Source: a virus. From it: a stretch of 64,000 nucleotides of DNA. The notes under the pieces were generated by a model. That model saw only the letters and a program-made list of their open reading frames with translations. It searched no databases and was not told where the DNA came from. Position 1 is the first letter of the stretch, and the number at the start of each line of letters is the position of its first letter. Location: positions 1-64,000 of IMG/VR virus record IMGVR_UViG_3300044970_001297; one strand, written 5' to 3'. Of this stretch, positions 10,596-20,427 are shown in pieces. Made by a program: the position numbers and the translations under genes.

Positions 10596-11249
10596 ATGCG
10601 TAAAATAAGAACTTGTTGGGAAGAGAAAAAGCCTCTGTGCTTGTATAAAGGCGAAAGTCTTCTGAATAAGCAGATAAATGATTGGAAAATTCTTGGATAC
10701 CATTCAACCAAAGAAAAACCCAGTGGGTCGAGGGTAGATTGGTTGTGTCAATGTATGAATTGTGGCATGGAAAAACCTATTCCAATGTACAATGTAATTT
10801 CTGGCAGAAGTAAAATGTGCTTTTTGTGTGCAAATAAAGATAGGCATGGAGAAAAAAATCACAATTGGAAGGGTACAGGGTGTATACCATCTAGTGTAAT
10901 AACATCCATAAAAAATAGTGCTAAGTGTCGAAACATACCAATGGAAGTTACTCCTGAATATTTGAATACAATATGGGACGAGCAAAAACATAAATGTGCT
11001 TTGACTGGACTGGATTTGATTATGAAAGCAAAATCGAAAACCGATACACCTTGGTCAAATACAGCGTCTTTGGACAGAAAAAACTCATCCGTTGGTTATG
11101 TGATTGGAAATGTTCGATGGGTTCATCCAGTCATCAATATGATGAAAAATCATTTTAGCGACGAAACATTTATTTCTATGTGTAATAGAGTTACAAGTTG
11201 GGTTGCTTGCTCTGGTGACAAGTGTGAAATCGTGGATCTTACAAACTAA
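10596..11249 (+). CDS. HNH-type homing endonuclease fused to a duplicated NrdJ C-terminal tail
   Basis: 'WLCQCMNCG', 'CFLC', 'TASLDRKNSSVGYVIGNVRWVHPVINMMK'; ends ACSGDKCEIVDLTN, matching NrdJ ACSAGSCELVDIT. Confidence 0.8.
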   Translation: MRKIRTCWEEKKPLCLYKGESLLNKQINDWKILGYHSTKEKPSGSRVDWLCQCMNCGMEKPIPMYNVISGRSKMCFLCANKDRHGEKNHNWKGTGCIPSSVITSIKNSAKCRNIPMEVTPEYLNTIWDEQKHKCALTGLDLIMKAKSKTDTPWSNTASLDRKNSSVGYVIGNVRWVHPVINMMKNHFSDETFISMCNRVTSWVACSGDKCEIVDLTN

Positions 11250-11263
11250 CAAAGGGAGAGACA

Positions 11264-12808
11264 ATGTCAATAGCAGACAAACTCGCAAAACTACTCAATG
11301 ATTGGGGAAAGACCCTGTCCATCTATGACCTGAATAAGGACAACATCGTGGATGCAACGGATCTTTCCATGCTTCTATCGGGATATGATCCCGAGGTCAT
11401 CGACCCCGATCCAATTGGAACACCAGATGATCCTGGGTACGATGCAACGGCAGTTGCTCGTTGGACATGTGTGCCATTCAGGGAGATCAAGCAGACCGCG
11501 AAGATCGGTGTTGCCGCATTCCACATGAATGGAATCGACAGGGTCGAGTTCTCCGTGAACAAGGGAGCATGGCAAGTAGTTCGTGAGCCAGCACTCAACA
11601 CCGACAATGGAGTCGTGGAGTACTTCATTGAAATCGATCCATCGCAGCACGAAGACGGAACCGTGGAGATCTACGCGGTTGCCTATCCAAGAATAGGCAT
11701 TCCACGGGTTCTACAAGGAAACTTCAACAACTCCTTTGTTGGTGGAGAGAACTCCCTAAAGATTCGCAATGGAATCCATTCGATGTTCGTCGTGTGCAAC
11801 GCAAACGGGACATTGAAGAATTGGGATGTATATGCATCTCCCGTTGGAAACGACGATACTGGCGACGGAACCAAGGCAAATCCATACAAGACGATTGCAG
11901 GAGCCTTGAGCGCACAGACCGCAATTCATGGCGACTGCGATGGACTCACCCTCTATCTTGAGGAGGGAGACTACGACTATGTCGGACCAAAGTTCCCCAA
12001 GAAGGTCGTGACGAAGAACAGATATGCCACCGTCTGCTCTGCTCCTGGCACGAACCGCGAGAATGTCCGCATCGTCATGGCAACAACAGGTGGGTTGGCA
12101 ACCAAGTTCATCTGCATGAGAAATCTCCTGTTCGTTGGAAATGTCAAGATGCGTACCCCGAACATGGATTCGTTTGCATGGATCGATGGGTGCAAGGCAA
12201 CGGCAGCAAGCCATGAGATCGGTGGTGGATTCGCATCGGGTGCATGGTCGATGGTTGCATTCACCAACTGCGAGGCTTACAATGTCAGGGATTGCTTCAG
12301 GAGCGGAAACCTTGCGGTGAACTGCTCTGGCAGAAAGTTCAGCGATACGCCACTTGGTCAGGACTGCGTCGTGATCAACTGCTCGTTCGATGAATTCATC
12401 CGCAACTCAAACGGAGATCATGCGGATGTGTTCCACTGGTTCTACACGAAGCCTGGATATCGCGAGAACAGGCTGATCTATGGACTTGATGTGAGGAACT
12501 TCTCGTTGCAGGGTTGGCAAGTGAATCCCATACGCGGCGGTGGGCAGCAACTCGACAATGTCGCTCTTGTCGATGTGAGGATCAGCAAGGACATCTCCAA
12601 TGTCGCTGGTTCGTGGTGGTACATGGACACCAACCATCTGTACATGAAGAATGTCAACCTTGTCGATCAGACCTTGCGTTGGAAGGTGCATGGTCAGGAT
12701 GAGGATGGAAAGATGGTTCTTCGGAATGTCGTGCTTGAGGATTCCAACTTCAGATCGATGACATGGCTTCCAGCGGAAGTCATCTTGAAGAACACCACCA
12801 TCGGGTGA
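11264..12808 (+). CDS. dockerin/EF-hand-like N-terminus plus DUF1565-like motif and parallel beta-helix (polysaccharide-binding/lyase-like) protein
   Basis: 'YDLNKDNIVDATDLSMLL'; 'YASPVGNDDTGDGTKANPYKTIAGAL'; 'GDHADVFH'. Confidence 0.55.
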   Translation: MSIADKLAKLLNDWGKTLSIYDLNKDNIVDATDLSMLLSGYDPEVIDPDPIGTPDDPGYDATAVARWTCVPFREIKQTAKIGVAAFHMNGIDRVEFSVNKGAWQVVREPALNTDNGVVEYFIEIDPSQHEDGTVEIYAVAYPRIGIPRVLQGNFNNSFVGGENSLKIRNGIHSMFVVCNANGTLKNWDVYASPVGNDDTGDGTKANPYKTIAGALSAQTAIHGDCDGLTLYLEEGDYDYVGPKFPKKVVTKNRYATVCSAPGTNRENVRIVMATTGGLATKFICMRNLLFVGNVKMRTPNMDSFAWIDGCKATAASHEIGGGFASGAWSMVAFTNCEAYNVRDCFRSGNLAVNCSGRKFSDTPLGQDCVVINCSFDEFIRNSNGDHADVFHWFYTKPGYRENRLIYGLDVRNFSLQGWQVNPIRGGGQQLDNVALVDVRISKDISNVAGSWWYMDTNHLYMKNVNLVDQTLRWKVHGQDEDGKMVLRNVVLEDSNFRSMTWLPAEVILKNTTIG

Positions 12809-12849
12809 TACATATTCACAGATTCCCTTGAGATAGCATCTCTTGGCCG

Positions 12850-12880
12850 ACAACCTCCAGAAATGGGGGTTGTTTCTTTT
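12850..12880. terminator. intrinsic (probably bidirectional) terminator between convergent genes
   Basis: ACAACCTC-CAGAAATG-GGGGTTGT followed by TTCTTTT. Confidence 0.6.
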
Positions 12881-15800
12881 ACGGATTCTCCAGAGTCTTG
12901 TACTTTATGTGGAGTATCGGCAGATGAGACACATTCTCAATTGTTATTGAGGTCAATTCATCTTGATTTTCTGGTGTTATGTCTCTGCTCAACTCAAGAT
13001 ACTGATACTCTGTCCCATTGGTAGCACCAAATTTGGTGTTTGATGGAGTGTCCGATTCTATTCCATCCTGCACAGAAAGAACCTTGTATATTCCATCATT
13101 TGAGGAAGAACCAATTATGCGAATATATGAACCAGCCGCTATGTCAAGGTTATTGGATCCTCCAAACAATCTTTTAGTTATCGATGAGTTCACTCTAAAA
13201 GCAAGTAGGTTCTTTGTTCCGACATTTGCAGGAACCTTCAAGCGAAGTGCCATTTTTTGATTTGGATTAATCTTGGGTTTTCCAACACCAGATGTCTCAG
13301 GTCCACCACACAATGTTGTCTTTGCCGGATTTCCAGTATGGAAGTATGGGTTGTCATTGAGTATGCCGCTGAATAAAGCAGAGGGATTTAGCGTGGTTGA
13401 AAGAATAAAACCACCAAATCCTAAACTGCTGTTATAAGAGAAAGAATATGATTGAGATGTACAAGACACAATATTTGGTATTGTGAGATCTGAAGGTAAA
13501 CTTTTTGATGCTGTGGTTATTTCACCATATTCATTGACCGTGAGGGTGACTCCAGAAGTAGCGGACAAAGAAACCAGTGTGCTTATGAAATTGTTCATAG
13601 CCGCCGTTCTGGTAGAGGACCCATTTAGCAATATGGTTGCAGTATTTCCACTACTTGAGGTAAACCTAAAATCTTGTATTGCGGCAAAATCAAAGGCGGC
13701 TGCATCTGCATTGACATACAGGTGGTGTGGATGCTTTCTAAAGGATATTACGGTTGTTGATAATGGTGCTACTGAAGATGGACTTTCCTTGCTGTTGAAA
13801 GCAATGTAGGAATTGCTCTTGTAGAACTCATCAAGCACCCCGGGGGTGTCGTTTCCATAGATGGTCTTGAACTCTCCATGCTCCACCGAAGGATCGCATT
13901 GACCATGCATGATGAGGCTCATTGTCTGACCAGCATTTGCCTTGCCAAGTTGCATGAAGTCCTTGACCTGTGTGGTGACATTCAAATCGTTTCTTGAGCC
14001 AATGCCTGTCTCTTGCAGGGTGTAGTTCCTGTTCGCAAACTGTTCCGATATGATGAATACTCCACCACCAGACGATCCGTCGATCTCGTCTTGAGTGGAT
14101 GGGCCGATCTCATCATTGTTTTCGGGATTGCTATATGAAGGTATATTACCCATTATGTTTGGTATTTTGAGAATATTGTCATCTGGGTAGATTCCATCCC
14201 CACTATGCCCATCAAATCCATTCTTTGTCATCCAAGTGACATTTTCGGTCAAGTCCGTTGTGGATAGATTTATGGTTATGGGGTGGTTTGGAATCGGTGG
14301 TGGGTTAGGTATTATTCCATCCACTGGTGCTGGTATCCAAAATTCAGCCAATCTGTTTTCAAGTTCTTCAATTGTTGTATTAACAGTGATGGGTGGTATT
14401 GAATATGGTAGTCGTGTTCCAATTTCGCTTGGAATTGGTGTCCCATCCCACGCTGTTATACCCTCTTTGATCGTAAAATCTCCATTTTCATAATCTACAA
14501 ATAATCTAGGATAGATCGCCGCATTTCTCATCAGTGAAAATATCTCCCCTTGTTCCGGAGTGGGGAAGGTTTGACCCTCAAGGGCTGGTGGGTATCCTGC
14601 TAGTAGGGGCCAATTTATTCTTGCAAGTTCGCTGTTAGTTCTAGGTCTATACAAAGGATCATTGTTGATTAGATATGTGCTGGTTTCTGCGTATGGATAC
14701 TTTATCGCGCCGTTGGCATCCCGATCTGGCTGATATAAATTTGGAGCAATATTGTTGTGCCAATTTGGTAATCCATCATTATTCAAATAATTGTGCGAGA
14801 AATATGTGTAAAATTCACCAGATGGTCCACGAAATTTGTTTGCAATATCAATGAACTCCTGCGGCATAGTGACACTAGAATTTCCAACAAACACATTATA
14901 TGAGTTTCCACTTGCCGGTGATGCAGTTTGTACATCCATCCAATCCGACAAATACATCATAACATTGTTTCGGAAAATATATTTTGTGGTATCCCACCAA
15001 AGCCAGTCTGCCGGTCCATTGAGTTGGTAAACCTTGGGTTTTCCTTCCGTATTATTGATGCCAAATGTATTATTTTTGCATATTAAGCCGGTGGGTGAAT
15101 CTGTATTTCTAAAGGCGTTTGAGAATCCCGACCGCGCAACCATATTATTGATAAATTTGCATGGAACAGAGCCTGGTGTAGCATCAAGAAAGTTAAGTGC
15201 CAAACCAATAAGACTTGGTGTGTGAAAATAGCAGTCTCGCACCTCAACATCGCTTGAATTTTCATAAATCGCAAGAGCATCTCCATGTGCCACTCGTCCA
15301 ATAGTGTACACTTTGTTTGCAATTGCTCTAACTCCCTTGGAGTTGGATAAGTAAAGTGCAGCACCCCTCCTATGATTTATTGATATATTGTTGTAGAATA
15401 ATGCTGGTTGATTAAAAGGCCAGGTAGGATGACCCATGTTATCCATGCGCCTTGATATTGTAAAAGCGCGATCATCACCCCTCAATCCCAAATTGTTGGA
15501 TGCTTCGACTTTTCCATAGCCATCAAGAAGAATACAAGCCTCGTTCAATGTATCGGAGATAAGATTACAACTCAATTTTACATTTACTGGTCCTTTGGAA
15601 TTCTCAGCAACGGAAGCGTTATTATTAACAATGGCTGGTCTCGCACCCACCATACAAAAACCCACCACATTAACATTTTTTGTAAAGTTTACATTATTTG
15701 ATCCTTCTGGATTGGTAATAACCATAGAACCACTAGTGCTGTGTTGTTTTATCAAAAATGCATGCATATTCGTCTCAGACGAAAAAACTTTTGGACTGCT

Positions 15801-17111
15801 GGTTTCAAAACCTGTAGGAGGCTTTACATAAAGTTTACCGTCTTCGAATGCGTATTGACTTGGTCGGTTTATGAATCTTCTGTTGATGAATGCGATGGTA
15901 TTGGTCGGGTGAGCCACTGTACCAGGCCGTGTATTTTGTATTCCATTCCACCAGATTTCATCTCCAAACCATGTTGCGGGTTTTTCCACCGTAAACCTAC
16001 CATTTTCAGCATCCATACTAAGAATTCTTGTGATATGAACATTGCTGTTTCCACCCACAAAAGCCACGGAGGAATCTGCCCAACAAATACCGGGGAAATC
16101 ATCATTCATTTCCACCAAGATATCTTTCAAAAATTTTGGTGGAATGGTTGTATTCTGAAGCCAGTATGTGTTTCCATTTGGACCTGGAAGCAGTTCGTCT
16201 CGTTGACGAACTACTGCACCTGTTATACCTGGCCCAATGGAAACAAAATCATATGTCAATCCCAATCCGAAACGATTATTATCATATCGATTCCAAGTCC
16301 ATTGCGCTACATTTGCCGTCCAATTTGCCTCTTCCCACGGATTATTAGGATCCTCGACTTCTGGTGGGGCATATTTGTATATCGCTGGATATGCATTTGT
16401 ATCATTTGCCGCAAATTTTGGGAGTTGTGATGTATCGGCAAAAGTTACTACGGCTTCAATTGGGTTTCTTCTTGGTGGCGGAAAAAATTGAATTTGGTTG
16501 GAGGGTGTACCTGCCGTGACACCAGGTTGTGTGACATACTGACCGTAAATAATGTCCTGTGGTATATTTATAGATCCAATGCCTGGAATGCCTGAACTAG
16601 AGCGTGATGCATTGAGGAATACTACTTTAGTATCGTTTGTAAGAGCATCCACCTCATAAACATGATGTTCTGTTTGATACGGATCATTCTGTCCTGGGAA
16701 CAGAGTGCCTGTTTTTTCGCAGTTAATTAGGCAATTTATTTTTGCACCGAGTGGGTTTTCAGACATCAGTGTTACATTTTGAAGAATATCGGGATTCATC
16801 AAACCAACTCTTCCTTGTGACTGAAATGTACACTGTCCAACAGTTCCAAAAGCACTTCCCGAAGATGGATTTTTTTGGTTGGTGTAGTCATAGACTCCAT
16901 CAAGTGCTATGAGATAGCCATGAGCAGTCGATCCCCCGTTGGCAATTCTCCAACCTGTCAGACCCCGATATGCTCTGGTGAATGTTCTGAATGGATTATC
17001 TCTTGTTCCATTTCCAATAGTATCGTTGCCAGTTGGACTAATATAAAACGAAGTCTGTGGATTTGGTACTGGATAGACTGTTTGAAAATTAATTCCGTCG
17101 ATATATGACAT
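12879..17111 (-). CDS. large virion protein with DUF1565-like motif and beta-helix (tailspike-like)
   Basis: 'FYISPTGNDTIGNGTRDNPFRTF'; N-rich beta-helix repeats ('HGDALAIY', 'KFINNMV', 'IFRNNV'); 1410 aa. Confidence 0.55.
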   Translation of the reverse strand: MSYIDGINFQTVYPVPNPQTSFYISPTGNDTIGNGTRDNPFRTFTRAYRGLTGWRIANGGSTAHGYLIALDGVYDYTNQKNPSSGSAFGTVGQCTFQSQGRVGLMNPDILQNVTLMSENPLGAKINCLINCEKTGTLFPGQNDPYQTEHHVYEVDALTNDTKVVFLNASRSSSGIPGIGSINIPQDIIYGQYVTQPGVTAGTPSNQIQFFPPPRRNPIEAVVTFADTSQLPKFAANDTNAYPAIYKYAPPEVEDPNNPWEEANWTANVAQWTWNRYDNNRFGLGLTYDFVSIGPGITGAVVRQRDELLPGPNGNTYWLQNTTIPPKFLKDILVEMNDDFPGICWADSSVAFVGGNSNVHITRILSMDAENGRFTVEKPATWFGDEIWWNGIQNTRPGTVAHPTNTIAFINRRFINRPSQYAFEDGKLYVKPPTGFETSSPKVFSSETNMHAFLIKQHSTSGSMVITNPEGSNNVNFTKNVNVVGFCMVGARPAIVNNNASVAENSKGPVNVKLSCNLISDTLNEACILLDGYGKVEASNNLGLRGDDRAFTISRRMDNMGHPTWPFNQPALFYNNISINHRRGAALYLSNSKGVRAIANKVYTIGRVAHGDALAIYENSSDVEVRDCYFHTPSLIGLALNFLDATPGSVPCKFINNMVARSGFSNAFRNTDSPTGLICKNNTFGINNTEGKPKVYQLNGPADWLWWDTTKYIFRNNVMMYLSDWMDVQTASPASGNSYNVFVGNSSVTMPQEFIDIANKFRGPSGEFYTYFSHNYLNNDGLPNWHNNIAPNLYQPDRDANGAIKYPYAETSTYLINNDPLYRPRTNSELARINWPLLAGYPPALEGQTFPTPEQGEIFSLMRNAAIYPRLFVDYENGDFTIKEGITAWDGTPIPSEIGTRLPYSIPPITVNTTIEELENRLAEFWIPAPVDGIIPNPPPIPNHPITINLSTTDLTENVTWMTKNGFDGHSGDGIYPDDNILKIPNIMGNIPSYSNPENNDEIGPSTQDEIDGSSGGGVFIISEQFANRNYTLQETGIGSRNDLNVTTQVKDFMQLGKANAGQTMSLIMHGQCDPSVEHGEFKTIYGNDTPGVLDEFYKSNSYIAFNSKESPSSVAPLSTTVISFRKHPHHLYVNADAAAFDFAAIQDFRFTSSSGNTATILLNGSSTRTAAMNNFISTLVSLSATSGVTLTVNEYGEITTASKSLPSDLTIPNIVSCTSQSYSFSYNSSLGFGGFILSTTLNPSALFSGILNDNPYFHTGNPAKTTLCGGPETSGVGKPKINPNQKMALRLKVPANVGTKNLLAFRVNSSITKRLFGGSNNLDIAAGSYIRIIGSSSNDGIYKVLSVQDGIESDTPSNTKFGATNGTEYQYLELSRDITPENQDELTSITIENVSHLPILHIKYKTLENP

Positions 17112-17121
17112 ATTAAATCTC

Positions 17122-18438
17122 TTATGCTATTTCTGGTGGAGTTCTTGTGGGTGGGCATGGATATGCGTCTGGTTTTGCCACGAATCCTGGTGGCGCATAT
17201 CTGAAGTTCTTCCACCACAGGTCTGGATTCCTTCTGAAATCTGGATCATCTTGATTCCACCGAGCGGGTCGTGATATTCCGTCTGGAAAGTATTCTATGT
17301 CATCGTTGACAACTTCTGGCCACCACGGAGTTAAGAATGGTTGAAGCGTTTCATCCTGAAACCATTCCCCAAGGCTACCGTTTCCTCCGATGGGAACCCC
17401 AAGACCAGGAACATATGGTATCCATACTGGCAATATAAATTTGTCGGGGTTTGATGTGTTGTTTACACCATGAATCCAATCATCAAGGAACCACCATCTT
17501 CCCCTGGCGTCTCTGTACCACCATCTCGACCCATTTCCTCTGTAGATTTCCCCAAAGCGATTCAAGTCTTCGATGACATAATCGGGACACCTTCCGTTGT
17601 ATATGTCGGGAACCTCATTTTCGCATGGAATCAGTATTGGACTTATTGGATACTTTGGGTGGACATTCCCATTATCCTGCTGCCTTGTGCATGGCAAGTA
17701 CCAGCCTTCGGGAGACCAACCATCAACTTCGGTTTCATCGTCCCACCACAGGATTCCTGGAATCTCTGGATCATATATTTCTATAGGAAAACCCAATGTA
17801 AATCCTGGTGGAGTGCTTGGCTGCACTGGCTTTGGATCATCTTTTGAGGGTGCGCCCGAGGCATAGATTTCAAGATCTCTTTCCAGACGAGCGAGCATCT
17901 CCTCTCTTGTCTTTGGTGGAGGGAGAATCGGGCTGACGCGGTAGTAGGATCCTTCTTTGGTGAATTCAACCCTTGGAGATTGCGCTGTTCGTTGCTCTAT
18001 CGATGAGCGCAGTTGCGGAGTATCAGCCCAGTTCTCCGAACTGGACACGGTGAGCATCAATGTTGCCTCCGTGATGTTCGCAGCCGTTGGGACACCGCTC
18101 AAGTCAAAACCCATCACGATTCTTGTGGGAGTTCGCACCGCGAGTGTCGTAGATGGTCCACTACCTGGTGGTGGCAATAGTCCACCCGAACCTTGGTCAT
18201 TGTAATCATTCCATGGGTTCAGAAGACCTATCGGAAGTTGTGATGAGAATTTTGCCCGAGACTGCTCATCGACTCCCAATGCATTTGACCACCTGTCATT
18301 GCCTGGTACAGACGAGTGCCATATGAATGTATCGAATGATGGAATGAGTATGATCTCACCGTCAACAAGTGTGGGTTGACTATTGGGAGTCTGTCTTCTC
18401 CTGTTGATCAGTCTTTTGTTTATGAAGTCGCTACGCAT
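17122..18438 (-). CDS. hypothetical protein (N-terminal DNRLRE-like segment; Pro/Trp-rich C-terminus)
   Basis: 'RIVMGFDLSGVPTAANITEATLMLTV' resembles DNRLRE/CBM96-like domains. Confidence 0.45.
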   Translation of the reverse strand: MRSDFINKRLINRRRQTPNSQPTLVDGEIILIPSFDTFIWHSSVPGNDRWSNALGVDEQSRAKFSSQLPIGLLNPWNDYNDQGSGGLLPPPGSGPSTTLAVRTPTRIVMGFDLSGVPTAANITEATLMLTVSSSENWADTPQLRSSIEQRTAQSPRVEFTKEGSYYRVSPILPPPKTREEMLARLERDLEIYASGAPSKDDPKPVQPSTPPGFTLGFPIEIYDPEIPGILWWDDETEVDGWSPEGWYLPCTRQQDNGNVHPKYPISPILIPCENEVPDIYNGRCPDYVIEDLNRFGEIYRGNGSRWWYRDARGRWWFLDDWIHGVNNTSNPDKFILPVWIPYVPGLGVPIGGNGSLGEWFQDETLQPFLTPWWPEVVNDDIEYFPDGISRPARWNQDDPDFRRNPDLWWKNFRYAPPGFVAKPDAYPCPPTRTPPEIA

Positions 18439-18441
18439 GTG

Positions 18442-20061
18442 TTAGGTCGCAAAGTAGTGTAGGGTGTTTCCTGCCGTGTCTGCTCTGAAGAACATTTTGC
18501 TGGTGCTGTCAGTTTCTATGAAAAGTTCATCACCGGCATAGAGTGGGAACCCGTGGGCTTCCGCTGCGGCAAATGATGGTGTCATTGCGGTCTGATTTGT
18601 TCCAACTATGATTGTTCCACTATTGGTCGTCCTTGACTTGAGGTGAACTCCACTCTTCACAACAAATGTTCCCGGTATTTGATTAGCACCGGCTGTTGAA
18701 ACAGATATGGTTCCAGAGGTCACTCCATCTGGCTGTGATATCCTCTTGACATCGACCTTTACAAGGCTCTCTCCACTGGCATTGGAAACAATTGGTGGGA
18801 CACCCGTCGATGTTTGGGATGTATCTATAATTGCTCTTACTGCTGCGATATTTGTGGCAAGATTTGCTATATTTGTATTGATTTGTGGACCATTAACATC
18901 TAGTGTCAGCAATGAACTTGAAGAAAATGTCATCAGATTTATCTTGTCACGGACATCTCCAGTGATGCCGATGTAGTCTCCCGATGCTCCAAGAACCCTT
19001 CTGTTGGATGTGGATATCTCGCTGAGATAGGTAAGACCTTGACCGAGCAGGGAAACCGATCCAGTGACTGCTACTGGTATCGTGTCCGCGCCAGTGTAGC
19101 CGACGATGGAGACCGTCTTGGAAAGTGCATTGGGATATCCAAGGGAGATTCCGCTGATGGTGACATTACCTATGTTGAGGCTTCCAACATCGGCTGTCAC
19201 GGAGATGGATCCGCTTGCAAGGTTCACGAACAACGCACCAGTGCTGTCCACATTGAACGGCAACTTGGTGTCGTAGTTGTTGATGTTTGTTAGACCATGG
19301 GAGAATACAGAAACAGGCCATGCACCAGAGAGACCAACGACACGGACGGTGTCTTCGGCGTTAGTGCTGGTCTGCGTTGAAACAATAAGATTATTATTAA
19401 GTGGAGTAGCAGATGTAGTGGATCTCAATAATCTTATTGGAAATCCAGAACCAACAGTATCTGCAAAAGGATTTGAGGTTGGTATAACTGAAACTGTGTT
19501 CAACACAGAGACGCTGTCGGATCCATATGTCAAGGAACGAATGTCCAGATCTGTAGCCGTGACTCCAATGGGCCATCCACCAGAGTACCCGACGATTCTG
19601 ACGGTATCCTGTCCTGCTGCACCCGCAGTGGTTGGATCCCCCGCAGTCAATGCACGGATTCCGAAATTAGTTGCTGTGACTCCAACTGCCCATCCGCCCG
19701 AGTAACCGACGATTCTTACGAAGTCTGCACCAGGTGCCAATCCTAGGGTTGGGTCTCCAGCGGTGAGTGAGCGAATGTCTAGGTCTGTGGCTGTGACTCC
19801 AGAGGTTCCGCTTATTGCCACGGTTCCCGTCACGGTCACTGTCGGTATGCTGGAAACTACCACTGTTGGGTTGTTTATAATCGAAACTGGCAGCGGAGTG
19901 GTGCTGGTGACTCTGGTGGCACTTCCAGTAACGCCAGAGGTTCCATATGCGATCTTCATGACTTGGAAGTGATTGGATTCTGTGGAGACGAAATCGGTTG
20001 CAATTACCGCCTCTCCAGAAAATCCCTGAACTATCACATTGTTGTCCGTATCGTAAGCCAT
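18442..20061 (-). CDS. virion structural protein with internal repeats
   Basis: 'HFQVMKIAYG' N-terminus; repeated 'VRIVGYSGGW..GVTAT..DIRSLT'; perfect late promoter upstream. Confidence 0.55.
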   Translation of the reverse strand: MAYDTDNNVIVQGFSGEAVIATDFVSTESNHFQVMKIAYGTSGVTGSATRVTSTTPLPVSIINNPTVVVSSIPTVTVTGTVAISGTSGVTATDLDIRSLTAGDPTLGLAPGADFVRIVGYSGGWAVGVTATNFGIRALTAGDPTTAGAAGQDTVRIVGYSGGWPIGVTATDLDIRSLTYGSDSVSVLNTVSVIPTSNPFADTVGSGFPIRLLRSTTSATPLNNNLIVSTQTSTNAEDTVRVVGLSGAWPVSVFSHGLTNINNYDTKLPFNVDSTGALFVNLASGSISVTADVGSLNIGNVTISGISLGYPNALSKTVSIVGYTGADTIPVAVTGSVSLLGQGLTYLSEISTSNRRVLGASGDYIGITGDVRDKINLMTFSSSSLLTLDVNGPQINTNIANLATNIAAVRAIIDTSQTSTGVPPIVSNASGESLVKVDVKRISQPDGVTSGTISVSTAGANQIPGTFVVKSGVHLKSRTTNSGTIIVGTNQTAMTPSFAAAEAHGFPLYAGDELFIETDSTSKMFFRADTAGNTLHYFAT

Positions 20062-20094
20062 CTTTGATTCCTTTTTTGATTCAGTGGTACTTTC

Positions 20095-20102
20095 TATTTA
20101 TA
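20095..20102 (-). promoter_or_regulatory. T4-type late promoter TATAAATA
   Basis: Exact T4 gp55 consensus about 35 nt upstream of the ATG at 20061. Confidence 0.75.
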
Positions 20103-20106
20103 CTCC

Positions 20107-20133
20107 TTGACATGACGATACATACTCTATAAT
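20107..20133 (+). promoter_or_regulatory. sigma70-type promoter, leaderless gp33 mRNA
   Basis: TTGACA-N15-TATAAT then 7 nt to the ATG, no SD; the spacer is short. Confidence 0.5.
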
Positions 20134-20140
20134 CCTCATC

Positions 20141-20356
20141 ATGATCGACCCAGCACAGATATCCAACCTCATAGAACGAATGGTTTCCAACAGAAAAATC
20201 TCCTATATGGAGGCTGTTTTGGAGATCTGCGAGGAGCATTCGATTGATGCCTCGCTTGTGGCAAAGCACCTGTCTCGTCCCATCATTGAGAACATTGAGA
20301 ACGAGGCACGACAGGTGAATCTATTGCCACGCAAGAAATCCCTGCCATTCGCTTGA
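20141..20356 (+). CDS. gp33: late promoter transcription coactivator gp33
   Basis: 'IERMV....ISYMEAVLEICEEHSID...VAKHLS..IIENIENEARQVNLL....LPF'; directly upstream of gp32. Confidence 0.85.
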   Translation: MIDPAQISNLIERMVSNRKISYMEAVLEICEEHSIDASLVAKHLSRPIIENIENEARQVNLLPRKKSLPFA

Positions 20357-20380
20357 CACACGCCGTACACGCTGTATACT
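20353..20380 (+). promoter_or_regulatory. sigma70-type promoter of gp32
   Basis: TTGACA-N16-TATACT. Confidence 0.65.
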
Positions 20381-20427
20381 CAGCACATTGTCAGATACTC
20401 AGTACACCTAGCAAAAGGAGCAATACG

